64,000 nucleotides of DNA, taken from the NCBI GenBank assembly GCA_008632985.1, contig QPGO01000063.1:248001-312000 (forward strand), given 5' to 3'. The position numbers were made by a program, and so were the translations under genes. Origin of the DNA: Psammoneis japonica (lineage: Eukaryota). The notes beneath the pieces were generated by a model. The model was not told where the DNA came from. It did not search any database and worked only from the letters and a program-made list of their open reading frames with translations. Below are positions 52,301 to 62,825 of the stretch, piece by piece. The number at the start of each line of letters is the position of its first letter. Positions within the stretch are counted from its first letter, which is position 1.

Positions 52301-52930
52301 ACCAACCATCCTGACATGTCGTTTTGCAATGAAAAACCAACGGCCCCAACAGGAAAAATGACCAGCTGCAGTCTGCTGAGGGGTTGTGCCACAGCTGAGG
52401 TGTCATGGCTATTTTTGTCTTGCGTTGCCCAAAGTGTTAAAAGAGAAAATTATGCATTATCTGGATTCAAATCTGATTGGCCGCAAGGTACAATTTTTAT
52501 AAGTAAAGTCGTGGACGACATGTCAGAGTCACGGATTGAATGCAACGCAAAAATGGTTGTTTTGGGATTGAGAAGAACTTCCTATCAATGTCCTGACATG
52601 GGCATGACCTCCCATCATTTTGTAATAAAAACCAATGGCCCTAACCCGGAATGGCCAGCTGCAGCGTCTGTTGAGGGATTGTGGCTGTTGCCGGAGGGAG
52701 TGTGGCCATAGTTGTCATGGCTATTTTGTCTTGCGTTGCCCTAAGTGTAAAAAAAAATTAAACAAGAAGACTGCGAGATTATCTGAATTAAAATCTGATT
52801 GGCCTCAAGGTCACCATTTTTATAAATACAGTCGTGGATGACATGTCAGAGTCACGGATTGAATGCAACGCAAAAATGATAGTTTTGCATTGGAAACCAA
52901 CGGTTCATGGCTAGTCTGTTGAGGAGTCCT
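46400..52930. repeat. Degenerate repeat block, unclassified, with internal tandem arrays (~140-155 bp x3 at 49080-49520; CAAACTCCAAGAC..GCTGCA.CAC units at ~50387, 51532, 51705, 52002; duplicated segment 52375-52565 / 52670-52890)
   Basis: Visible repeated units. TA/CG-poor up to ~52400, TA-retaining afterwards. Confidence 0.7.
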
Positions 52931-52936
52931 GATTAA

Positions 52937-53445
52937 GGATGAATCGTCGTTGAGGGGTGTTTTTAAAATAACTCGTGATTTCATAATTTTCTCTCGTACT
53001 TCGCCCGTGTTATTTTTCGATGCCTCTGATCGCCCCCAAACACTTATGAGTGTGTCTAGCCCCCATCAGGGCTGTTAGACCTAAACTACACTTTTCAACC
53101 TTCAAACGCCAATTATCGCATTTATTGCGGTTGTTATATTCGACAAACCGCTATTTTTTGCCAAAATCGGACTGTTTATGGTGGATAAGCCGTAACTTTC
53201 CAGGAAAGGCCGATACTTGGCGTTTGATTGGCTATACATTCTACGGTCGTTATTCTAGAGATCCCAAGCCTTGATATTCATTGTCCATGCATTCTACCGG
53301 TATGATGTCTAACGAACGGACAAAGTTCGACCCATCACTGAGTTCTTTTGGGGGGAACGCGCGCATTATTAGTACTACGAATCCGGGGTATTTTTAAATA
53401 TTTACGAGCTCTAAATAAAATCGACCGCTAAACGACGATCCATCC
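52937..53445. mobile_element. Kolobok-like MITE family 2, complete 509 bp
   Basis: TTAA|GGATGAATCGTCGTT...AACGACGATCCATCC|TTAA. Confidence 0.85.
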
Positions 53446-54495
53446 TTAATGAAGGGGCCATAGTTGTTGCTGAGGTGTTATGAAAAGAGGAAAACTACGA
53501 GATTATGTAGAGAGGTTGTGTTCAAATCTGATTGGCCACTAGGTTGCCCTCAAGATAAAATAGCAGAGAAAAAGGAGATTGAAGAATAAAATCATTTTAA
53601 AGAAATTAGCACTGAAACGGATGGCATGGCTAACAAAGATTCTCCAGAAACAACACATTGATCAAAAAAGCACCCCAAAAATGTTGAATGGACGAGCCAG
53701 AACAACCTTGAATGGAATTATTAATAGCATCCATATCAAAACATTCTAGATAACGGTAACCAGAAGAAAAAGCACCAAAACAGAAGGCTTGTGGAGATTC
53801 TGTTTTTCTTTTTTTTCTACAAGACGTGTTCCAATTAAACCAGGAAGATTCTTGTGGATTGACCTAAGATGAGCAAATGTTTCCTCAGTGTGTGCATGTA
53901 TTTGTAAGAGGATAAGAAAAGCAAAGGTGAAGAATACGCATCGATTGGTGTAGATTGTAGTAAGATGAGTGTCAAAATTTTTCTCTTGTAAATAAAGGAG
54001 TTGTGACCTCGTTCAGTTCTCGGTTCGAATTCGGTTTTCAAAAATTCAGTTGTTATCCAACAACATGCAAATGGAAATCATGTTGTGTGTTGGCACATTT
54101 TTCACAACTACTCTGGCATTAGGGACTGTGTATAAGATCTATTCGCCAAATTCGAGAAGAATGTTACAAAGTTTGGAAGAAATTAGTAGCAGCTAGATGC
54201 CTTGTAACGTCTGATATAATTATAACAAATGCATTTTGAATACAGAATTTTGTTTTGCACCCAGTCGATCGTTCTCAAAAACGAAAGGCAAATACACACC
54301 ATAAGTTGGTGGAAAGGAAACTGCAATTCATGAGACTTTTGGAAAAACATGCGACTGTTAGTTAAGTCTTGCTCAGTGAAATTCAGAATTTTTATATGCA
54401 TATTACGACTTATGTGGCCAAAATACGAGCTAGAAAGATAAATGATGTGTGTTTTCACTTCATTTTGTTTATTTATGCTGTTCTTGTTGTTTTAA

Positions 54496-54936
54496 GGCTG
54501 GATCGATGTTTAGCGGTATTTTTTTAAATAGCTCGTGATTTTATAATTTTCTCGTACTTCGCCCGTGTTATCTTGCGATGCCTCTGAGCACCCCCAAACA
54601 CTTATGTGTGTGTCTAGCCCCCATCAGGGCTGTTAGACCTTTATATGAACTACACTTATCAACCTTCAAACGCCAATTATCGCATTGGGTGCGGTTGTTA
54701 TATTCGATAAACCACTGTTTTTCGCCAAAATCGGACTGTTAATGGTAGATAAGCCGTAACTTTCCAGGAAAGGCCGATAATTGGCGTTTGACTGGCTATA
54801 GACATATCTAGGGTCGTTATTCTAGAGATCCCGAACCTTCATATTCAATGTCAATGCATTCTATGATGTCTTACAAACGGACAAAGTTCGACCTGTCGCT
54901 GAATTTTTTTTTGGCGAACGCGCGCATTATTAGTAC
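54496..54936. mobile_element. Kolobok-like MITE family 2, second copy, right end missing
   Basis: TTAA|GGCTGGATCG; colinear with 52937-53380. Confidence 0.85.
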
Positions 54937-55040
54937 GAAGATTCCATCAGCCCGTGACCCATTTAGTTGTTGTTTATGGTCCATCTTAGGTCCATAAGCT
55001 CATATTTTCAATAGTCTGTAGATAGTAATTCGCACTTGAG

Positions 55041-55923
55041 GCCAACCCTCTAACCGAGCGAAAAAGAAAATGAAAAAGACGAAATAGCTTTTAGTGATGT
55101 AGGCCGTATGCTCTGTATTTTTGAACAGCATGGGTTGTTCAGTCCAAATCAATTAATAAAATTGGAAGAATGATCATTACGTGGAACTATTTTTCAGAAG
55201 AGCTCGAAATTGTTGTAAAATTGGGATTGCCGGCGTGTTAGGAGAAATATTCGGCTTTTCCGGGCTGTTAATAAAAATAATTGACTCTAAATTGTACACG
55301 AAACGGCCGCAGTAGAAAATTTGTATCGAACAGTAAGTGAGTTGTTTGTCGATGCGCTATTTCTAGTTCATCTGTGACAGACCTTTTGCACTCAAATAAT
55401 TTGCCGGTCTTGCCTTTTTTCTTTCCACTTGACAACCACAATTAAATCACCACAACATAAGCCCGCTGTATTTGCACCGAACAAAAAGAATAGCACCCTC
55501 AGCTCCGTAAAAAATAATTGTACACGAAACGCCGCAGTAGAAAATTTGTATCGAACAGTAAGTGAGTTGTTTGTCGATGCGCTATTCTAGTTCATCTGTG
55601 ACAGACCTTTTGCACTCAAATAATTGCCGGTCTTGCCTTTTTTCTTTCCACTTGACAACCACAATTAAATCACCACAACATAAGCCCGCTGTATTTGCAC
55701 CGAACAAAAAGAATAGCACCCTCAGACTAAGAAAAATATGGCGGTTCTAATGGTGTTACTTTTGTTGTCATAAGGTAGACATTCGATGCCGTCATGGGCC
55801 ATCATCATCATTCTCCGTGCTGGTTAGTCGTGTGAAGCCAGTTAGGTCACCAAAACGCAAAACAAGAAAAAGAGATGAGGCTGGCTCTTTTTCATTTTCT
55901 TTTTCGCTCGGCTAGGGTTAGCC
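55041..55923. repeat. Segment bounded by ~38 bp inverted repeats and containing a ~225 bp tandem duplication (55290-55503 / 55516-55725)
   Basis: CCGAGCGAAAAAGAAAATGAAAA at ~55053 and its reverse complement at ~55888; near-identical tandem units. Confidence 0.75.
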
Positions 55924-56264
55924 TAAAGCACCCCAAAGATAACACAATCTGCACTCAAAAATCGCTTTCGACCAAATGCGCACTACTTTTTGCCATACCA
56001 GAGTGTTGCCTGGTGAATTCGTGGATGCGGTGTTAAGTAGAGATCTGTTTTTTGGCGAGCTCCTAACTTTTTCAACCGGGGAACTTTTTCCTCTCATGCA
56101 TAAACGATAGTTATGACCATGCGCGATCCAATTCCTTCGTAACGAGCTCACAATTTTTTTCTTTTAAAACTAACATACGAAAATCCTTAAAACCGCACAC
56201 ATTTGCTCTGCGCTTACCTCGAACGAGAACAGAAGTCTACGACAAATTACGTAGAAATATATCG

Positions 56265-56465
56265 GTATTTCCTGAAAAGTTAGTTATGGCTTATCTCCCA
56301 AAAGTAGTGCGAAATCCGATAATCGATAATTGGCGTTTGAAGGTTGATAAATGTAGTTCACATAAAGATTAATACCGGTAGCCCTTATGGGGGCAAGACA
56401 CACTCATAAGTGTTTGGGGGTGCTCAGAGGCGTCGCAAAATAACACGGGCGAAGCACGGGAAAAT
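56265..56465 (-). mobile_element. Inverted partial third copy of MITE family 2
   Basis: Reverse complement reads CTTCGCCCGTGTTAT...CCCCCAAACACTTATGAGTGTGTC...CAACCTTCAAACGCCAATTATCG. Confidence 0.75.
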
Positions 56466-57373
56466 GGAAAAAATACTTGAGGGGGGTGCAAAAATCGATT
56501 ATTTTAGGAGAGTATTACACCTTCTAAGGCCGGCAACAGACTAATCCACACTTTCAGTACACTGTAGAGTGCTGTAAAAGTGAATGAGGATTAGCTTGTG
56601 GCGCCAACAGTTGCGAATTCGAGATGTAGAGTGAGTTCAGTCTTGGCCTGACGTCTCTCATCTTGGACATGATTAGCACTCCAAGTGCTACACGCAGAGC
56701 CCTAGTTGCCAATTAGGACTACCCAGTCAGGCTTTTGACGATTCTCCAGGTCATGTGTCATTTCATTGTGTCATGAAGCTACAAATTCATGTTTGTTCAA
56801 TCTTCGTTCCAGCAAAGCAGATCATTTTCCTCACCATGCAGTATGTCAATCAGCTTTCCACTCAGTAGATATTGAGGCCTCTTCAACTTATGCACACCAA
56901 TTTTCTCAGTGTTTTATGAACCTACTAGGGATAGTTTATAACCCTAACCTTTTATGTCCATCTTAGGTCAGGTTAGGGTTTGTCATTTTGTCGTGTCATG
57001 AGTGACAGGTTCTCAGAAGAATCCATTATACCGGCATTCACCACACTACTGTAAAAATTTCTTTGTTGAATTTCTATGCCGAGCGAGGCTGGCCTGTCCA
57101 ATGTATGCTGGCCGACCATCTCTCATTAACGACAACCTACCTGCCTCCCCCAATGCATCCGGACGCCGGAGGGACCGTGGACGAGGTTGTGAGCGCGCGC
57201 GATAGCGCGCATAATTTCGATAAAATATCAAATAATATCTGCATGTCAAACGTGGTGAACACGATTTTAGAAGAGATGCTTACCTTACGCCTCCTCATCA
57301 GAGATAAAATTGTTCGCTTTGGCTCTAATTACTTTTAACAAAGTAGTGACCGCCATTGGTGGTCACTTGTTAA

Positions 57374-58313
57374 CCCTTTGACACATGGCCACTATTTGGG
57401 GCCTGGCCCCAAATAATGCGCCATCCTGATTGGTCTAAATAAATTAATCCATAAGTAAATTTTGGCGGGAAAATAACGGCTAAATCGCTTGGGGCCTGGC
57501 CCCAAATAAGGTTCGAGTGACGAATGTGCTCGAGGCATTGAAAGATTTTAATGGCTGTTTACGTCGATTGTTGCACTGGTGTGTTGAGCGATCACACGCG
57601 AAAAATCAGACGAGAAAACGAGATTTTTTGCCTCCGCAACAGCGTCCAAAGATGGCGACTCGACCGCCATTTCGGCGGCCGGAGAAAATGGCGGGAAAGC
57701 TGCAACCGTTATGTAGGAATCTCAGATTTCAGAATTATTTGTTGGTGGAAACAAAAAATGAAAAGGAATGGTTGAAAGTACCGTGTGGCAACAAATGTCA
57801 AACCACCATAAGTTCGATTCTTGTTTTTACTTGTTGACGAAAAGTCAAATCTTACGGTACCAAAATGATCAACAATCAACATGAAAGTTACGATTTAGAT
57901 TAAATTAAGCATGGTTGTTTTGATCGTGTTGTTTTTATTTATCTCAGACAACGACAAGGTGGTCGCCGTGTCGCCAACCTGACATTGTCAATTTCCCCCT
58001 GATTTGCCGTGTTGTTACTCGTCTGTGATTGACACACCGTTGATTCGGATAGAAAACAATTATGTGGCTAAAGTATTAACTAAATAGACATATATAAATA
58101 CATAGAGTTTATGCTGTGAAGACCTGTCAGAATAGAGAGTAAATGGGGTCTCGCGTCCTGAAACCGCCATTGTCGAGTCGTCGTGGTTCCCGTTCGCAAG
58201 AGCAGGCGTCGTGCTCAAATCGTGGTCGTCAAGATTCCGTCAGACAAAATGTCTGACCGTTAAATTCTTATTTGGGGCCTGGCCCCAAATAAGCAATTTC
58301 ATGTGTCAAAGGG
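57374..58313. mobile_element. Non-autonomous piggyBac-type element (940 bp), intact
   Basis: TTAA|CCCTTTGACACATG...CATGTGTCAAAGGG|TTAA with a perfect 14 bp TIR. Subterminal palindrome TATTTGGGGCCTGGCCCCAAATA near both ends plus a third partial copy. Confidence 0.95.
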
Positions 58314-59534
58314 TTAAACTACTTTTTGAAAACTGGCGTTTCCCTTGGGCTTGCTCAAAATTCGCCACGCATGGTCATGGCATTTCACTAGCCGCCATGA
58401 CTCGTGCACCCCCTTCCCCCTCCAACCTCCCGCCCACTCACAGCCGGGCGCGAGGCGGGAGGAGCAACTCGAGCCCAGTTGGTCTACTGGGACGACATGG
58501 CCGTGTGAAAGAGGGACTCCACACCGTTCCGTTGCCTTCCGCCAACCTCTTTCTTCGAAAGTTGATTTCATCCGACACCAGTCCTCCGACATCACCTGAT
58601 GTCAAGACTCTCCCTGACGGTAATCCCATGGAACCACGTCAAGATCAGGGGAGGGATCAAGATCAGGGGAGGGTGAGGAAACCCGTTGAAACCATTTGAA
58701 TTGGAATGTTCAGACCGTCCCGAGGAATCAGGATTTGACGTGCCACCTCCAACCGCATCTCTACGTCCGTCCCTTCATGGACATCTATCTCCCAATGTCG
58801 CGTTTGACACCAGACAAGAGATTTTTGAAGGCAATGTCATCAAATTTTCGTCCGATGAACGTTGTGCACAGTTTGACACTGGGCCTGTGTCTCCTTTGCA
58901 GTGACCAAGATCTGGTCCACCACTGCCAGGCCGTGCCCCCTCGAGGTCAATCCGATACTCGGCGATGCTGCTGTTCCCCATGGCTTCGGCTGTCTATGTG
59001 TCCCCAGCACGGGTTGGTGCCGCGTGGACATTATGTACGTTTGCTTCTTTTTCTAACTTTTGTTGCTGTTTGGTTTCGTCATAGGGCTCATTTCTGCCGC
59101 TTCCTCCCGGGCATTCCTATTGGGATTGTCGCAGCCAGCTGTGCACCTTGACGTTGAGTGTCACCGTCGACAAGTGGGCGGTCCCCGACGCAGATAAGTT
59201 CCTAGGTTGGTTCCTTGAATAGCATCAACGACTCTGCGAAGAAGCATAAGGCTAAAACTATCGACAAAAATGCAGATGTTCTCTAGAGACACAAGGGATA
59301 GAAGAGCTGCTTTTGTTGCTGTACACTCCAGTCAAAAAAAATCTAGAGTACCTCGTGGAAAAGGAAACTAATTCAAACTGGCTCAATGAATGGCTGCATT
59401 CACGCCAGCCAGGTCTCACAAGCTCCGAATCTGTCTTCAAGAATCACCGACAATTGCACCAAAACTAAATGCAAGCTTTGAGTAAAATGGTGTATTCTTC
59501 TTGAAGATGGTGGCCTTCGAATCCAACAATGACT

Positions 59535-61550
59535 CTAGAGGTCGACAGTGTCGGGAGCTGCTTTATACTGTCTCTCGTTGGCATTGGCGTCAATGTTTCT
59601 AATAATGTCATCAATTTCCTCGCCCGAAAGCAACATTGCGTTCACAATGGGCACCTCAGAGGACTTGTTACTTCGATACGACACCTCGATTTCTTCCTTC
59701 AGCATGGATTCACCTTTTGTGTTTTCTGGAATGGGGATGCTCCATTGGATCGAGCTGCCGCTCGTAGAGGACGGCGCAATGTCTTGTGAATAAGAAAGCT
59801 CAGAATCTAGCGACATTTCTTGGTCTTCGACGGGTTCCATGTTTCGGTCGACTGTGCCAGAATCGTCAACTTCATGACGAAAGTAGCGATTAATTGAATG
59901 GCGTTTTCGCACAACCAGCAACCCAGCAAGAGCCGCTCCCACAGCGGCCCCAGCTATCAATGCGGGAGCAAGAGCAGATGAACTGCCACCACCGCCGCGC
60001 CTTTCGTTTGACACGTTGCCCTCCAAAACACCAGATGCGCCTCCAATTGCACTGGATCGGTCGTTGAACCCTTGAAACTCGATTGCAGTAATTTCGGGAT
60101 TTGACGTCTGAACGCTTCCCCCGTCAGCTAGCTGCTCAGCAACAAAGGGTTCGATATCATTCAGCAGGTCGGAATCCGACATTTCTTCGCCCAAGTAGGC
60201 GACAGTAAATCCGTCAACTACAGTGATGCAGGAACCATTGCCAATCTCAGAGATTGGACAGTCTGACGGATCAAGTGTGCTAGACACCACAGTCTCCTCA
60301 GAGTCAACCAAGAACGACACAAAGTCAGTGCCGTCGTCGTCGTTCAGATTTCGAACAATTTCGAGGCGCCGTCTTGCGAAGCTGCACTCCAAGAATCGAG
60401 ATGCCATGGAGGAGTGAATGCCACCTTGTACGTTGTTTGCTATCTCCGCAGCATCAAACCCAGGAGCAATCACCATGGCGTATTCAAATTCCAAAGTGCT
60501 CATAGTTGTTGGCGACGATGACGCGGGATCTTTGATGCATGCCGATATCGTTTTGCTTCCAAGAGTTTCTGCAAAGAACAATTGCTCTGTAGGCTCAAAG
60601 GAAGGAGACCGTGACGGCATGTCACTCGGTACAGCAGAAGGTGACTCAGATGGCGTGCTTGAAGGAGATTGTGTCGGAAACCTCGTCGGAGCATTGGTTG
60701 GAGCGCTTGTAGGTCTGGACGTTGGTTTCATTGTTGGTTGTGGGGTCGGCTGTGGTGTTGGAGGAGCCGTTGGCTCTTTCGTGGGTGGTGGCGATGGTGC
60801 TGGAGTCGGTGGGGGCGTCGGTTGCGTTGTTGGAGGTGGAGTTGGTGGAGGCGTCGGTGCTGAAGTCGGAGGGGGCGTCGGTTGCTTTGTTGGTGGTAGT
60901 GTTGGTGGGGGCGTCGGCATTTTTGTTGGATTAGAAGTAGGAGGACGTGTCGGTGGAGGAAGTGACGGTTGAGGAGTCGGCTGCTGGGTTCGAATGCTCG
61001 ACGGCGAAAGCGTCAGGGGCACAACCGGCGTTGCAGGGGGAGGCATCGTTGGTCCAGGCGTTGGAGGGCGCGTAGGGTTAGGTGAGGGCCTTGTGGTCGG
61101 AGATGGAGATGGCTGCGGTGTTGGCTGAGGAGTGGGAAGAGGCGACGGCGGCGGTGTTGGAGGAGGTGTCGGCAGAGATGTTGGACGTTGTGACGGCGAT
61201 GGGGTCGCTTGAATCGGGTCTGTCAATGGAGGCGCAAGGTCAAATTTCGGCGTTGGACTAATTGTCGGTGCCGCTGTCGTAGAGGGCACGGTGACGCACC
61301 CTTCCTTGTTGCTGGCGCTGCCACCCTTCTTACCACCACTGCCACCCTTCTTGCTGCCCTTCTTTCCACCCTTCTTTCCGCTGCCACCGCAAGATACGGA
61401 TTGAATGCCGAGATTGCTTCGTACCATGGTCGCATCGCCATCCTGTATTGATCTAAACATATTTGCCTTATCCGGGACCGAGTGTGGCAGCGAAGTCGAT
61501 GTGACAACGGCGCACAACACAAGGAGCGTCAAAGTTCTAATGAATGTCAT
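59535..61550 (-). CDS. Single-pass membrane glycoprotein with Lys/Gly-rich segment and long Pro/Thr (PT) repeat region; candidate cell-wall/surface protein
   Basis: Signal peptide MTFIRTLTLLVLCAVVTS, SGKKGGKKGSKKGG, ~220 aa of PTxxPT/PSxxPS, RRRL, TM ALIAGAAVGAALAGLLVV followed by RKRH. Confidence 0.85.
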   Translation of the reverse strand: MTFIRTLTLLVLCAVVTSTSLPHSVPDKANMFRSIQDGDATMVRSNLGIQSVSCGGSGKKGGKKGSKKGGSGGKKGGSASNKEGCVTVPSTTAAPTISPTPKFDLAPPLTDPIQATPSPSQRPTSLPTPPPTPPPSPLPTPQPTPQPSPSPTTRPSPNPTRPPTPGPTMPPPATPVVPLTLSPSSIRTQQPTPQPSLPPPTRPPTSNPTKMPTPPPTLPPTKQPTPPPTSAPTPPPTPPPTTQPTPPPTPAPSPPPTKEPTAPPTPQPTPQPTMKPTSRPTSAPTNAPTRFPTQSPSSTPSESPSAVPSDMPSRSPSFEPTEQLFFAETLGSKTISACIKDPASSSPTTMSTLEFEYAMVIAPGFDAAEIANNVQGGIHSSMASRFLECSFARRRLEIVRNLNDDDGTDFVSFLVDSEETVVSSTLDPSDCPISEIGNGSCITVVDGFTVAYLGEEMSDSDLLNDIEPFVAEQLADGGSVQTSNPEITAIEFQGFNDRSSAIGGASGVLEGNVSNERRGGGGSSSALAPALIAGAAVGAALAGLLVVRKRHSINRYFRHEVDDSGTVDRNMEPVEDQEMSLDSELSYSQDIAPSSTSGSSIQWSIPIPENTKGESMLKEEIEVSYRSNKSSEVPIVNAMLLSGEEIDDIIRNIDANANERQYKAAPDTVDL

Positions 61551-62040
61551 CGTCGGTGGCAAACGATTGTTGTATGTCGCGTACTTCCCTCTCAACATAT
61601 CTCTCAAAAGCGATTATTAAAGCGGGATGGCGTTGTAAAGGATGGGACTCTTGTTGGTGCAAAGAGTCGCCGAATTGTTTCTTTTGTCGAAGGTGCGCTT
61701 CATTGGAGCCAAATCTCGCCGGATCCGGGATTTGTGTGAACTGTTCAATCGTGGAAATTATGATCATATTCATTGATGTTAGTAGATTTATCTATTCCCG
61801 TGATCAACTCTGCGGTTGTACCAGCCGGCACGGAGATGTACGCCGTTGTGAATCGTGGTTCCGGACGACAGACGGATGAATCTATTCGCGATCGATCGAT
61901 CGATCGATCGATTCACTTTTTGAATCGAAGATTTGCAGATAAAGATTACCGATTACCATACAGTATCGTTCGAGTGATCGCTTGCGCCTGATGCATGTCT
62001 TGCTCTTACTGATAGCTTGTAAAAGTAAAAGTTGAAAGTG

Positions 62041-62126
62041 TGGAGAGACCTGCCTACAGGCACCCAAAAATCACCTAACACGTTGGAGAGATCTGCCTAC
62101 AGGCACCCAACAATCACCTAACACGT
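62041..62126. repeat. 43 bp tandem duplication
   Basis: TGGAGAGA(C/T)CTGCCTACAGGCACCCAA(A/C)AATCACCTAACACGT x2. Confidence 0.9.
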
Positions 62127-62520
62127 AACACGTTGCATTCCTTCGCATCCCTTCGTCGCCTCCACACTTTCCCATGGCAACAAACAAACACCACACCATC
62201 ATCCCTGTTGAGTTGGTGCGATCGGCGGATCGGGACTACCCACAGTCAGATCCTAACGCTATCAATACTCTCTAGAGTTTTAATTTTAGCTTCACTACTG
62301 AACACAGAAAAATAGAGTACTTGCTAACTACGTATTATCAATTTGCGAGACAATATTCAAGCCATCTTCCCCCCTCAACTTGTGTCACTCACGATGAGAC
62401 CGTTTCAGTAACTCTATCTTTTACTAATGATCTCCACTAAACATGCACTTCCAAACAATCGTCCACAACCCAGTGAAAAGACTACCTCATCACAACTGTC
62501 CGCGCATTCCATCATTCCTT

Positions 62521-62825
62521 CTAGGTCTTAGCTCTACAGGTGGTGACGACTCCTGCAGAAAAACCAGAATTCTTGTTCAAGCCCATGTCAATTGCACCCG
62601 TAAATTCGTCGCGTTTCAAATACGCATTCAATGCAACTGAAACTTCGAGGTTCCCAAATGATGCCGCAACAGCCTTGGAAAAAGCATCGGCCTTGGCGCT
62701 AACCCTGGTATAGGCCTCCGCTTCTGCGTCTCTACAATACTCGTCGATTTTAACTGGCTTACACCAAGGGAATGGGTGGCTACCGCAGAAATCCACCAAC
62801 CACTCTATGCAATTTTGAATCCAAG
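62521..62825 (-). pseudogene. 3' part of a coding sequence cut off at the putative LTR border
   Basis: Open frame TWIQNCIEWLVDFCG...AEAEAYTRVSAKADAFSKAVAAS...TTCRAKT* extends up to the TGTAA junction. Confidence 0.45.

Noticed and set aside
46400..52400. Numerous overlapping 60-290 aa ORFs as genes
   Set aside because: No recognisable domains. They are explained by TAA/TAG depletion and tandem repeats.
55290..55725. Biologically meaningful ~225 bp tandem duplication
   Set aside because: The copies differ only by single-base indels in short runs, which suggests an assembly or read artefact, or a trivial recent duplication.
56939..56981. Telomeric TTAGGG/CCCTAA repeats
   Set aside because: Only one or two units forming a short hairpin (AACCCTAACCT...AGGTTAGGGTT); more likely a TE subterminal structure.
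58500..59470. Possible plus-strand gene downstream of the piggyBac MITE
   Set aside because: Short broken frames; no consistent exon model or homology recognised.
60418..60972. Gly/Val-rich plus-strand ORF
   Set aside because: Antisense shadow of the Pro/Thr repeat gene.
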